A DNA stretch of 61,588 nt, filler included, from Sphacelaria rigidula (lineage: Eukaryota): NCBI GenBank assembly GCA_964200075.2. It is 7 parts of 7 records of this genome, joined end to end, with 100 filler letters (N's around TTAATTAATTAA, not from the genome) between each part and the next. Parts side by side here need not be neighbours in the genome. Positions count along the whole stretch, not along the records: positions 35,254 to 43,965 come from CAXNAA020010298.1; positions 44,066 to 52,777 come from CAXNAA020010299.1; 5 more parts are not named here. One strand, 5' to 3'. Both the position numbers and the translations under genes were made by a program. Numbering within the stretch: position 1 is the first letter of the stretch; the number at the start of each line of letters is the position of its first letter. A model generated the notes under the pieces. The model was not told the DNA's origin. It was given only the letters and a program-made list of their open reading frames with translations, and ran no database searches. Positions 39,101-51,000 of this stretch are shown one piece after another.

Positions 39101-40995
39101 GATTTGATAATTGGATAAGACCATATCAAATGCTGCTGTGTACTGCGACATGTGGGCGGGATAATGTTGATTCTCCGATGTGTTACAGAAGAGACGATGA
39201 GATGTTCAAGACGATGTTTGAATGCTGATGATCCGGTAGTAGCTATTGCAAGTGTGGCGCGGAATATGGTGCGGTATGCAAAACAGGTGTACATGACCAA
39301 GACGCAGATGACCCAAACTCCTCGTCAGCTTGAAAACCACAGGACCACCATCGACGGTGAATAAGCACGATGTCTTATCGCCGCCCTCATGTCAACTGTT
39401 ATGCCGACACGAACCCGTCAAAATCGTACACACTCGGGCAGCAGAAGAAGGGTAAAGGGAAGGCGCATCAAACTCCAATCCCCCCCCCCCCCGGCGACGT
39501 AAACGAGCCTACGGAGTGTGATGATGGTGGTATGGATGATGCCGGGCGCGGTAATGCCGTTGCCGATGGGATTATCGACGTGGATACGACACCAAGTGGG
39601 GGAGGAGGGGGGGGGGACCACACCAGCGTTGGGGCTTCCGACAACAGCTTGTCGACGGGCAGACGTGCCGCCGACAAGAGACGTGGCGCAGGCACACGCG
39701 CGCCTAACGCTAAGCGGAGGAAGGGGGACAAGCGCTGCATGTCCGCAGCCCCTAATTCAGACAAAACCTCGTCGGTGCCTCCTTCGCAACCGCCGAACCC
39801 TGTCTCTTCATCGGAGGATGGCACTGTCGCTGTTCGTGGTACCGATAGTGGAGATGACGTCAACAGGCGCAACAATAACGGCGGCGCGGCGTATGGGGGA
39901 AGTCCGCGCAGAAGGGGAGGTAAATTTGATGTGGGCGACTCCCGCGACGAGGATGTCGTCGGAGACAGAGACCGTGAAAAGGATAGTTGTGATAGTAATC
40001 CGAATAATAAGGAGTCGATGGTCTCCACCAAGAAGCGACACAAGGCAGGTGGCGTCTATTCATCCGATGAAGATGATTCAAGCGGATCCGAATCACCCTC
40101 CCACTCGGGACCCGACGACGCGGTCAGCGAAAACCACAGGGATGGGAGGGCGGGCAGTCCTATGTCAGTAGGCAGTGGTGGCGCTTTGGTTGGCGCAAGT
40201 GCCGTGCATCCTCCTGATGGATGAGGATATTACATCCACGCGTGCAGGAAATTAGAAAGTAACGGACAAACTACATTCATCTGACTGTACAAACAAAGAT
40301 ACAATAATAATGTGAAATAACGGTCCTCGCCTCGCGATAAATTTAAACGAAGGTAACGCCCCCTGGTTTCTCAAACCGGGACGGCGCCATCTGTGTCGCC
40401 GGAGAATTTATTTATCTCAATTCCCTAGTCTGTACGAAGCATTCGAGAACGCTACGTATCGCGAGGTGCGTAAACACGTCGGTGTTCTTTGCCCCCATCC
40501 CAACATTTGCATCGCAGTGTTACAGCGAAGCTGTGGCAAGTTTTCAACGAAATCCACGCTAAGATCTTGGCAGGATTGATCCCCAATAAGGAGGCGGACG
40601 TGTGGAACGCGGTGGTTACTGACCTGCAAGATGCAATGGAACGCGACGACTCCACAACAACCCAAGAACGTCCACTTGCTCGGAACTTAGATGTCGGCGA
40701 CCGCATCCGCAAAGAAGGATATGAATTCTCTACGGCCTACGTATTTGCACCGTATTGGACAACGCTCCCCCAAAAGGGCGCAAATAAACTGTTTCAATCA
40801 AAGTTTAATGAGGAAGTGTCCAGGCGGTACATTGTTTCCCCGGGAGATGGGCATAGATCCCTCCTCCAGTTTGTTATAGATAAAGAACGGGAGTTCCCTA
40901 AGTCCGCCGCGGATGCCGCGATGTGGCGTAGGACGAAAGGAGGCGTAGAGAAAAGACTTACCACACGGGGAGGGAGTTCGGCAGGCCAGTACTGA
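36176..40995 (+). pseudogene. Large multi-exon orphan gene, probably decaying; clean exons ...36472, 36772-37440, 37971-38334, 38882-39044, then disrupted blocks 39189-39356, 39442-40224, 40420-40995
   Basis: Long open GC-richer blocks bounded by CAG| and |GTGAG with matching phases. Splicing 39044 to 39189 gives TGA, and frame switches appear near 39215 and 40500. No recognisable domain. Confidence 0.6.
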
Positions 40996-42104
40996 GTAGG
41001 AGTTGGTGTCGCAGACGTAGTGTGTAGGCCTATCCGGGACGTTTATAGGGGGGGGGGGGGTGAGCTTCATTACGCCGAAGCAACCGCTCGCCATTTTACA
41101 CCGCCTAACTCGCCGGGTGGATTTCCCTCCGTTGCATTGTGCTCGAATACATGTTGACCCCGACGAAGAAAGCAATGGTGCTTCGTTTTCCGTATGCGTC
41201 GAGAAGTTCCTGAATTGTTTTGTTGCAGGACGGAGACGGTGGCTGCCGCGGCCCTTGATGCCTTAGCCTGTAAGTCATGCGTATTTTCTACATGTTTCTG
41301 GATATCTGTCGACGGGTAACAGGGATATGCTCATCGAGTCGCGTGAGTGGCGTGGGTATCGCTCTTTTAGCAGTAATGTTGTACTCTTAGTGAAGTTCAT
41401 CTATGCTAAGTCCACGTTATGCCCATGCAATTTGGCCATGAACAGTTTCATTTTATCAGGACGACTTCGGCGCTGTTCTCGTCGGCGTCCCGTTCGTGGC
41501 GTGGTTTGTCGTCGACGGTTCATCTTCCTCATGGGCAGGTTGAGGTTGCCCCCCCAAAGAACCAGCCCGAACTCCACACGAAGGAAGTGGCCGTACAGCG
41601 CCTGATATTTGGTTTCAGGGTGTAGGAAGCGACTTGTTGCGACGACTACGGCGAACCCCCCCCCCAAAACCTTGATTTTCGAAGCTACTCGTTGTGCCCG
41701 GGTTTTTTTCGTGTCGATTTAAGTGTAGATTTGGCGTCCCAAAACCAGCCATTTCTTGTGAAGGGGCTATCGCGGTATGAGGACTGTGACATGCTCCTTG
41801 CCGGATGACGAATGTTTTGGACCTCGCACGAAAACTTCCAGGTGTGAGTGATTGGAACGAGGCTGCGATTCCAACATTGGGTTGTTCCTTTGATGCAGTT
41901 TCGCCCACGTGAGAAGAGTGTACTAGCCCTAATTCAGTTAAAACACCCAAAAGGGTCGGTTCGTCCTCGCGAAACCAGCTCGAACGGTCTATATTTTCAC
42001 CCCTTCTGCACACGTTTGTGGCCGGTTTGTGGGGGGGCTATCTCGGCAGGAGTCAACACCAAGCTTTGAAAGATTACTGTGAAACCGTTTTTCGATGAGC
42101 TTAT

Positions 42105-42650
42105 GAAGGAGAAAGAGAAAAAACGTTTTCGTCGAGTACGGCGCTGCCAAACACAGACTTGATGGCGAAATTTGTTCCGAAAGCTAGGGGATAGAGCATT
42201 TTCATCCCCGCACTCTTATTGTTCCCAGTAAAACGAACCGCACTATTATAGAATCATACACATTTGTGCCAAAGGAGGAGACCTGAAACGTCCTAGGTGT
42301 TCCACTTTCGTGGTCATCATCGATTTCTGCTGAAAAATGAACGATTAGGGGGCACCACTCAACGAGCGTGATAGAGTACCTTAGTCGAAACCGATGAATA
42401 CCAAACTTCGGGAGGATAATATCAAAACGTATTTCACTGGGTTGAAAAAGAAAAAAAAGAAAAAAAAGAGTTTTCGCCGAGTACGGCGTTGCCAAACACC
42501 GACTCAGATGCAAAATTTGTTCCGAAAAACAAATGATAAGCGATTTTTATCCCCCGGATTGAATGTTTGTTTCGTTTTTTTTCTTGAACATGGACCGCAC
42601 AAATTTCATGAACATTTGTACCAAAGGAGGAGGTCTGAGACGTCTAAGGT
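42105..42650 (+). repeat. Diverged direct repeat (about 200-bp blocks, period about 345 bp)
   Basis: GTTTTCG.CGAGTACGGCG.TGCCAAACAC...CATTTGT.CCAAAGGAGGAG occurs twice. Confidence 0.8.
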
Positions 42651-44065
42651 CGCGAAGAGTCAACTGCTGCGTAAAGTGTACCGTAATTGAAACAGAGGGT
42701 GTTTTGGCAGCATTTTTGCGTCGATAGAGCCACACTCCACATTCACTCCTGCAACTTAGTTTGATTTTTGTTTTTCGAAACGCTTGGGCGATGAGGAGTT
42801 AAATCGCCTCTCTCCGGATACTCTGGGCATTGTCCCACGTGTTGTGGTTCCCACGAACCAGAATATTTCCCGTCAGGTGCCTTAAGCGTACCTTGATTGG
42901 GACACTCACCTCTGCTCTCCAGAGCGATGCATCGGTAGGAGGGCACAAATATTTTTTGACAATAGAATTGTTAGGAGCCCTTGATGTGACCCAAAGCACC
43001 ACTTATGAAATGTGTAACAGTAAGCCAGGAGTATTGTCTTCTAATGTGCTAGGGACATCCCGAATGAACTTGCAAACGGAGATGCCGTGACCCATATTCT
43101 TGTGCATCTAGAATAGTTAGGAGCCCCTGAACCAGACACGACTCTGCGCAAAACGTGCACCGCTACCATAGCATTTTTCCTTGATACGTGATCCGTACAC
43201 AGGGACAGCTGGACATGACTGATGAGGTCGATCAGAGGACACGGCCGGGCCAATCATGATGTAGAAGAGTGGTGCTACATAGCTTGACTGGGCAAGTCAA
43301 AGAGAAGGAAGAGAAGGAAGAGAAAGTGACTTGTTGTGGCCACCCAACACCGTGATAAGCGGAGCCTCCCAACCAGATATTGCGTACGTGAGTACAAGAT
43401 ATACGCCTACTATGGTAGCAAATGGCACCGCATGTAACCGTCAAAACCCGTAAAGACAGGTACCTCTGCACCGTGGTTGATCAGTACTGTAGACTACACT
43501 GAAAAGGTCGTTCACTTGAATACCTTCCTTGCACTTGCATTTCAGAAGCGGGCTTACAGGAAAACAGTCCGTATGATAACAATTCATCATGTGAGCAGGG
43601 TCATCTCTTCAAATTACACAAGTCACTAAACAGGTATATTCGGGAATAGATCGCACCTGGCCCCAGAGACATTATGTAACAGAATCATAGGAGCGCCCCT
43701 TCTTTCGAAACGTTAATCCGAAATCCTCTGTACTCCACTCAAGTTCTTGCGCTTAAATATCCCGATCAGCGTACCAAGATCCAAAACCAAGCTCTCGCGA
43801 AAAAACAACAATAATAATATCCGTACTTGGAAATTTTCAAACGCAGACTCTCACGTTTTGCGCCTTCCCATGGTGCAAGCAAGACGGTACACACGACACT
43901 TTCTACGATAGCCCCCCCTCAAAACCAGCTAAAAGTGTCACGAAAAAAATGGCCATACAGCGCCTNNNNNNNNNNNNNNNNNNNNNNNNNNNNNNNNNNN
44001 NNNNNNNNNTTAATTAATTAANNNNNNNNNNNNNNNNNNNNNNNNNNNNNNNNNNNNNNNNNNNN

Positions 44066-44256
44066 GGGTACTCTTTTGTTGCTGGCCTTCGTCGTTTGAC
44101 CATTGACCACGCATCCCTTTCGAGACGGAGAGGGAGGTGGAGGGGGGGGGTGTACTCATGGTCTTGCATGCCGTAGTCATATGACCATGGACCTCGCATC
44201 CCTGCAAAGCCGGGACAGAGCACGCCGGGTTTCCGCCGGTCCAGGCGAGCAATCAA
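44066..44256 (-). mobile_element. Tandem LINE tips: family B end (44256-44151), C-run, family A end (44130-44066)
   Basis: Minus strand GGATGCGAGGTCCATGGTCATATGACTACGGCATGCAAGACCATGAGTACA-(C)n-…CTCCGTCTCGAAAGGGATGCGTGGTCAATGG. Confidence 0.8.
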
Positions 44257-44792
44257 TCGCCGGGCGCGGAGCGCCGACCGAGCGGAGAGGGAGGAGGGGA
44301 TGACTATTGTAATACAACATCGCGCGCGGAGCTCAAGATAGAAGCTGCCCGCTCGTTGTAGGGAACAACTTGTTCGTCGTTAAAACATACAGAAGTAGTC
44401 CGGTGCGTAACGCCTTGGAGTTTTACTGGCGGGCACGTTGTCTTCCCGCACAAGGTCTCCCCTGACTTGGCCAATCCCTCTCCCACGAGACGGCCACTTG
44501 AACCCGCTAGGCCGTTCCCCTTTTTATCCTACCTAAGCCTTATTCTTCAGAGGAGATGATATATGTACTTGACCATCTGCCGTGCAAACCAGCGCGCACG
44601 GTTTCTTTTGCTCTTGATTGATCACTTCGGGGGAAGGCATTCCGAGTCTGCTGCTCTGTCACGCGCGTAGTCATCACGACTGAATGTTTGCTGGTATTGT
44701 GACTCAGCATCATATTGTACCACAAAACGTTAACGCCTGACTCGTGCAGTAATGAATCTAAAATATTGATTGTTTATTTTTAGCCAGTCGTG

Positions 44793-44972
44793 CAAATCTT
44801 CGGAGTATACATGTATTTACATGTGCACATGATGTTCTCGTATCTATCGTTTCACGTACCGCTACTGCCTTCCTCCATTTTTTTTCAAATCTTCGCAGTA
44901 TTCATGTATTTACATGTGCACATGGTATTCTCGTATCCATCGTTTCACGCACCGCTACTGCCTTCCTCCGTT
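44793..44972 (+). repeat. Tandem duplication, 93-bp period
   Basis: CAAATCTTCG.AGTAT.CATGTATTTACATGTGCACATG... starts at 44793 and 44886. Confidence 0.9.
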
Positions 44973-45020
44973 CTTATTTCATCGTCATCATGGGCATCAC
45001 ACACTTATTTCGTGTATTAG

Positions 45021-48000
45021 GTGGTGGGACAGTTCCGTGAACGTGGGGCTGACCTGGACGATGTACTGCAGCACGTCAACACCCTCAACAAGTCCAACAG
45101 AAAGGATGACTATGTGAGCACTACCAACTGCTGCAAGGTAGCTGTATCTTTGAAATACGTAGCGTACTATCCAGCGTCTAGAAGCTGGGAGCGTGCATGC
45201 GCTGATGTGTGTGCAGCCACAACAGGTCTAACAGAAAAAAAAGGATGGCTACACTGCAACGTAGGGCGTATTTTTCTGTGGCACGAGGATCTTTTTTGGC
45301 ACCTGGAGACCTGGAGGTATGCAAGATGTGCATTAACGGTGATGGCCAGTTCTGTTATGCCGTGAAAGCTTGACCTCGTGAAATTCGCGAATGCAGTGTG
45401 TGTTAGTCGGCTAATCACGGACTTGTTTTGCATGCAGAATAATTGCAAGAGTTCAGCGATCTCTCTTTGTTTGTTGTTGCAGCACCAAAATATTCATTCT
45501 GAACATAAAGCTGCCCGACTATTAGACGACGTGCTCCGGTGAGGCAGATGGTTGCACGTAGAAGTACATGGCGAAAAACAATGTCGGTGTGAGGAAGTAT
45601 CTGCGCTCAAGCCAACTCTAATTGGAGCCGTTCAAAATTCCTGTTGGAAACTGGCTTTTGTGTCCTTCTCCGTCGATTTACGCCCGAAAAGGGGGCTAGG
45701 CGGATGTTGACGCCTTGGAATAACTTCCTCTACTCGTCGAGACCGTTCCAGGGCAACTTTGCCTTTCCCGCTGGCCGCACCCTTGTGTTCGGCCAAACCA
45801 GGTCGAACACGGAGTTTCAGTAAGAAACGGGCAGGTGATCAAAATTTCCCCCTGTTTTTGATAGCTTGACTGTTTCTTATTGAAAATCCGTGAGTGACCG
45901 AAAATGAAAGTGCAGCCAGCCGGAAATGCAAAGTTGCCCTGGAATGATCTCAGTGAGTAGAGCAAGTCATTCCAAGGCGTCAACATCCGCCTAGCCCTCT
46001 TTTCAGGCGTAAATCGACGGAGAAGGACCCAAAAGGCAGTTTCCAACTGGAATTTTGAACGGGCCCCATTGGGGTTGGCCTCAAGGAAAAAAAACCTGTC
46101 CCACAGAGATGCCCTATCATGGGCTTGGAAATCGATTTCAAGCATCTGCCAGTTAGCAGTTGACCGTGCCCGCTAAAGCCTGAAGCGAGCTTTCGTCTCG
46201 CTTGTAAACTCCACGAAAGAAAACAATTCCCTTAAGGGCTCAAGTTCAACCCTGTCTCTCAGATAATATTGTTCTCGTTGATGCTAACCCTACGTCCCAC
46301 GGCGACTTTCTGACTGTCAGCTGCTTCACCCTGACAAAGCCTAACCCCGCCGAGTTGCACTGTTTCGTTTCTTCCGTTGATATCAGAAACCTTTCGTTTC
46401 TCGAGAAGCACTCAAGGGAGATGCGCGCACGGCAGGAGGCATGACTGCTCAGCATCTGTACCCTGTTTACGACAGACTGGTACGTGCTGACGTATTTTCT
46501 TTTTTCGTGAATTCTTGCATGTGTCGCCGTTGCGAACGGGGCCGGTTGGCCATGTACAAGCCGATCAACCCTACAATAACCGAGTGATGAACCCGACCAA
46601 CCGAACGAGGCAGTTCGATAGAATCCGGTCGTTGTTTAGGGTGCCGCCCCGCAGAATTATCATGTGTAGGGTATGTAATGCAATGTATAGTTGTCAACAT
46701 TTGAACTTTTTTTTTTAATCGAAAACGATATTTTGAAAAACAAATTCGGTTACCAAGACTCGTCATGGTTACTGTCCCATCTCAAACTCTGAGAATCAAA
46801 ATATTTGAGTGTCCGACACCGATTCCCCCCCAAAGTACTGTACATGTAGGTCTTTTTTACGACCAACTTTTTGAACGTGTTAACGGCTGACCGATCATCG
46901 GGAACCCTACGAGTGTACGCCCCCTGGTTCTCGCTCTCTGATATTTTCTCTCAGCCGAGCCGATCCGAATCATTATCATGTACAGTTCTTCGGATTTTTT
47001 TTTTGTAGAATCTGCAAAGAAAGCGTGTTTTTGGACAGTGCACAGTCAGTAACCCCACCTCGACGAACAGGGCTCTACTCCATGTTCCAACAACACAAAA
47101 TTGGGAAATGTGTCCCGAGGACGGCCTGCTTATCTTTCCAGCGCCTACCGACTCTCAAACGTTCTAGTGAAGATGACGAGTCGTATGCGAAAGCTCCGAT
47201 TGAATGAGTCAATGTTTTGAGCGTTGACCGCTGTAAGGGCGCGCAGTAATTTTTCTGGCGCCCACTAGTTTTTTTCAAGGCCGTTTCTTTGGTGCCTTGA
47301 TTTATACTCGAGTTTTTTCTGGCGAGTTTTTTCCAATACTAACCGCGGGTACGCCCATGTCGCACCGACAGTTGAGTTCGTGGCGGGTGTTTGCAGGAGG
47401 CGTTCAATCTACCAAGTACGTTGCAGAGTCACTAGACAACCCCTCTCGAGTGGGAGTTATTTTCGACGTCAGTTTTCTCCACAGGGAAGACCCCGTCAAG
47501 CTGGAGATAATCCTTTGCGTAGGCAGATATTCGCTGTATCTTCTCCCACGGCAAGAAGTTTCGACACATCCAGCGTCCTACTTTTGAAGTTCCGGCCACT
47601 TGTTTTTCTGAAGAGGGGTGTGTTTGCAATTCGTTACTTAAGGAAGGAAAATCGTAAATTTCAACAAAGAAGCGCTGAACATTGGCAGCGTCATTACTAC
47701 CCTATGGGTGGCGACGAAGAGTGATAATGGACAATGACGAATGATGGTGCTGCCCGCTGTCCCATAACTGAGGGAGGGTAGATGCCATGAAGGCGATGGG
47801 TGTAACACCTCCGAGGGGGGAGTGCGCGTACTCATTCGTTGCTTGCCTTAGTCGTTTGACCATTGACCACGCATCCCCCTCGAGACGGAGCACCGTTTCT
47901 ACTCCTAATGGAAACAGCCTCCAACATTTAGGTGCTCTCTATATTTCTTCCATACATGACTGTACACAAAAACCTTTGACATATCTTATCCCTGTCCTGT

Positions 48001-51000
48001 TTCGCATTCTATGGCCACCATGTGTATCCTAGTAGTATAGCCAAATTTTTCTCCCTACTGTTTAATGCATCAAACGATTTCATTTCACCTTCGTTCACTT
48101 TCCGAACTTTCCCCTCTGGCCCGTCCCATTCCTCCTTGTATAGTTCACATCCTGCCTCTGTATGAGTTCTGCTCTCTACTTCTTTGCCACAGGGGGCAAA
48201 TCTGTCCATGTACTTCCTCCTCCACACGACGACTGGTATACTTTCTTCTCCACCCGAAATCGCAGTTTCAATTTTTTCTCGCGGCGTCTATTGGGCCATG
48301 CAGATATGTTTCCATCCCTATCCCCTCCCTCAACCCCCGTATATCTTCAGGTGTTTTCCCTCATCTAATTGGGGTCTGAGGTTATATTTCCCCCTCATTT
48401 CTATCATGTCTCTCACTATCGTCTTGTACTCCCAACCTTCACCAATGTAGAGTATTTCGTCTTGGTTTCCTCCTATCTCCTTCCATACTTTCTCGACAAC
48501 CCTATCCCACCTTATTCTAACCTGCCCTTTCGTCATTTTCTTCCATACAGCCCTATCAACTATGACTGGCAATCTCTTTCTCTGCATGTTCTTGACGCTG
48601 TATTGACATCGCAATTTTCTCATGTCTCTGATTGTTTTAAGTGGGTACATTCCCAACTCTGTTCTCAATGCTGCATAGCTACGTTCCCCTCCCACACTTT
48701 TCCTGCATATTCCAGTTTTGATACAATCACGTTCATTGGGATACATCTTTCAATCCTAGCATCTAGGTGCGAGTCGCTGGGGATCACGTCCATCCTGCTT
48801 ATCTGTGACTGACCCTTTTCGATTACTTTATTCATGTGTACATCCCGAGAACAGTTTCTCGAGATCTCTACGGCAAGGTATGTGTATTGGTCTACAATGC
48901 GCAGTTCATCTTTTCCCCACTTCCATTTGAACTTTACTCGATTTTCCTTATCCTCGTTCCATACGAGTACCGCGCGTTTGTTTACGTTGGCTTTCACTCT
49001 CTATTTCTTAGTGTATTCTAGCGCCTCCTCTACTACTAACTTCAATCCTTCTAGTATTTCTGATATCTCCACGAAACCGTCCGCGAACATCAACCTGATA
49101 CCATGTCTGCCCCCACCTTGATTCCTTCCTTTGCTTCTTCTATTGCTATTATCAGGCCATTATTATTTCTCCGAATAAAGTGCGTGATGACGTACATCCT
49201 TGTAAGAATCCTTGTAAAATATAAAAATCTTTCGATATTCCCCCGTTTAGCATCATCACACTCGTGGCACACTCTGTTATCTTCTTCATCATTCTCCACA
49301 TCTCTCCTCTGATGCCAGTTTCCCACATCTTTTCCCGCAGCCCATGTCTCCGTACCGTGTCACAGGCCTTTTGTACGTCCAGAAAAAAACAGTACATTGC
49401 CAGCCCGGTGTCTTTCCTACCTTGAATAATCTTACCTAGTGTGTACACATGGTCTACGCAACCACGGTCTGGTCTAACACCTGCTTGCCCGTCACTGATG
49501 CCTACGAGGGGGGGGCGGGGGGAGCGCGTTTCCAGTATGTTGGTTGTATTGAAGAGATGAAGTCTGCACTCCCAGAAGGTACCGTTAGTTCCTTCGACAT
49601 GATCTCCACCAGGTATTTCGGCTTCATCCCATGTTGTGGTGCCAGCTATCGTGAACAGTATGTCTGGTGCTCGGGAAGTCGCAGCAGCATTTGCACACTT
49701 GTTTTTTGTGTCACTGGCGAATACCGCACGAGTTTTGTCCTGTGCGTAGTACGCGAAGTTGTTGATGGTATCTGGTGCTCAGCATCCACGGTATCCATGC
49801 GCTATTTTTGTTGCTGCCTAACGAAACGGTACATGGTTATGCCGCACAAGTGAACACTGTACAAATCAGCGGAAAGCAACGGTATCTACCTCAGGTCTCC
49901 GAGAGCTGATGGTGAGGCTGTTTGCACTCCTACGTAGCGGTATGGAGTTATCTATGGCAAAAGGTTTTGCAAGCAGCAGTACTGTATTGTTTCTCGCTAC
50001 CTCGTTGGCGTGCGACTGAAAAGGGTACACTGAAAAGGGTACTCCATTCCAACTTCAAAGATGGCATTTTCCTGTTATCCCATATACTCTGGTGCAGAAC
50101 GGATTTATGAGGCCACAGATGTTTCTAGCCGTGGTACGTGCACCGCAACTGGAACTACGTGATATGTGGAGGTTGGTCCCAAGAGTCACCCCCCTCCCCC
50201 TCCCCCTAGGGATGCGTGGTCAATGGTCAAACGACTAAGGCAAGCAACAAATGAGTACGCCCCCCTGCCCCCCCCCTCCCCCCATTCCCCCCGGGTACTG
50301 GAGTATGGAGGCGTCATTTTGAAGAAATTAACGGGTAGTGCCGGCGAGTACTGGGCAGTACAGCACTGGGCATAGAATAAACCCGGTATGTACCGGAAAG
50401 ATGCCAGGTAGACCGAGTATCGGGTTCGCGCCGGTACTGCGGGTACTCTACATGAAGGCGAATAGTGACCCCCTTCTGGCAGAACGTGAATCACGCGGCC
50501 GTGTCCTTACGGCCTGTTCGAGATCCAGTCTTACACGGATGAATCATTGTATAGGTTCACCGTTCACCTCCCTTGCAACATGAGTCACTGGAAGATGGAG
50601 TAAATTAAGATTGATGAAGGCGCGCTTGAGATGCGGGTCAGCGACTTATTCAGTGTCTAAAAATGGTGTCTGGAAAAAGTCACTGCCCGAACAGTTGATT
50701 GTTTTCGGATTATAAGAAGCGGTCTCCAGAAGATTGATGATGATGATGGTGGTGGTGATTATATTTAGTTGAAATAATAGAAAATAACAATTAGCAATGT
50801 GAATGATGACAATACTAATAACGAAAAAAAAGTATAAAAACATGGGAACAATGACCATAGTGATATTGATGTAATATCAGTCATGACAGTAGTAACAAAT
50901 ATCAAAAACAACAGTAACGACAACCGCAATAACAGTGATGATGACTGATAATGATCAAAATCAACACATCAATACCCAACAGAAAAAAAATGTGTACCTA

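Noticed and set aside
33921-45113. Continuation of the ARF gene into downstream exons
   Set aside because: No DVGGQ or NKxD exon found; downstream exons lie on other contigs across artificial spacers.
49525-49800. Open minus-strand frame upstream of the LINE (PDTINNFAYY…)
   Set aside because: No motif or clear splice boundaries; cannot distinguish from chance or a decayed element.
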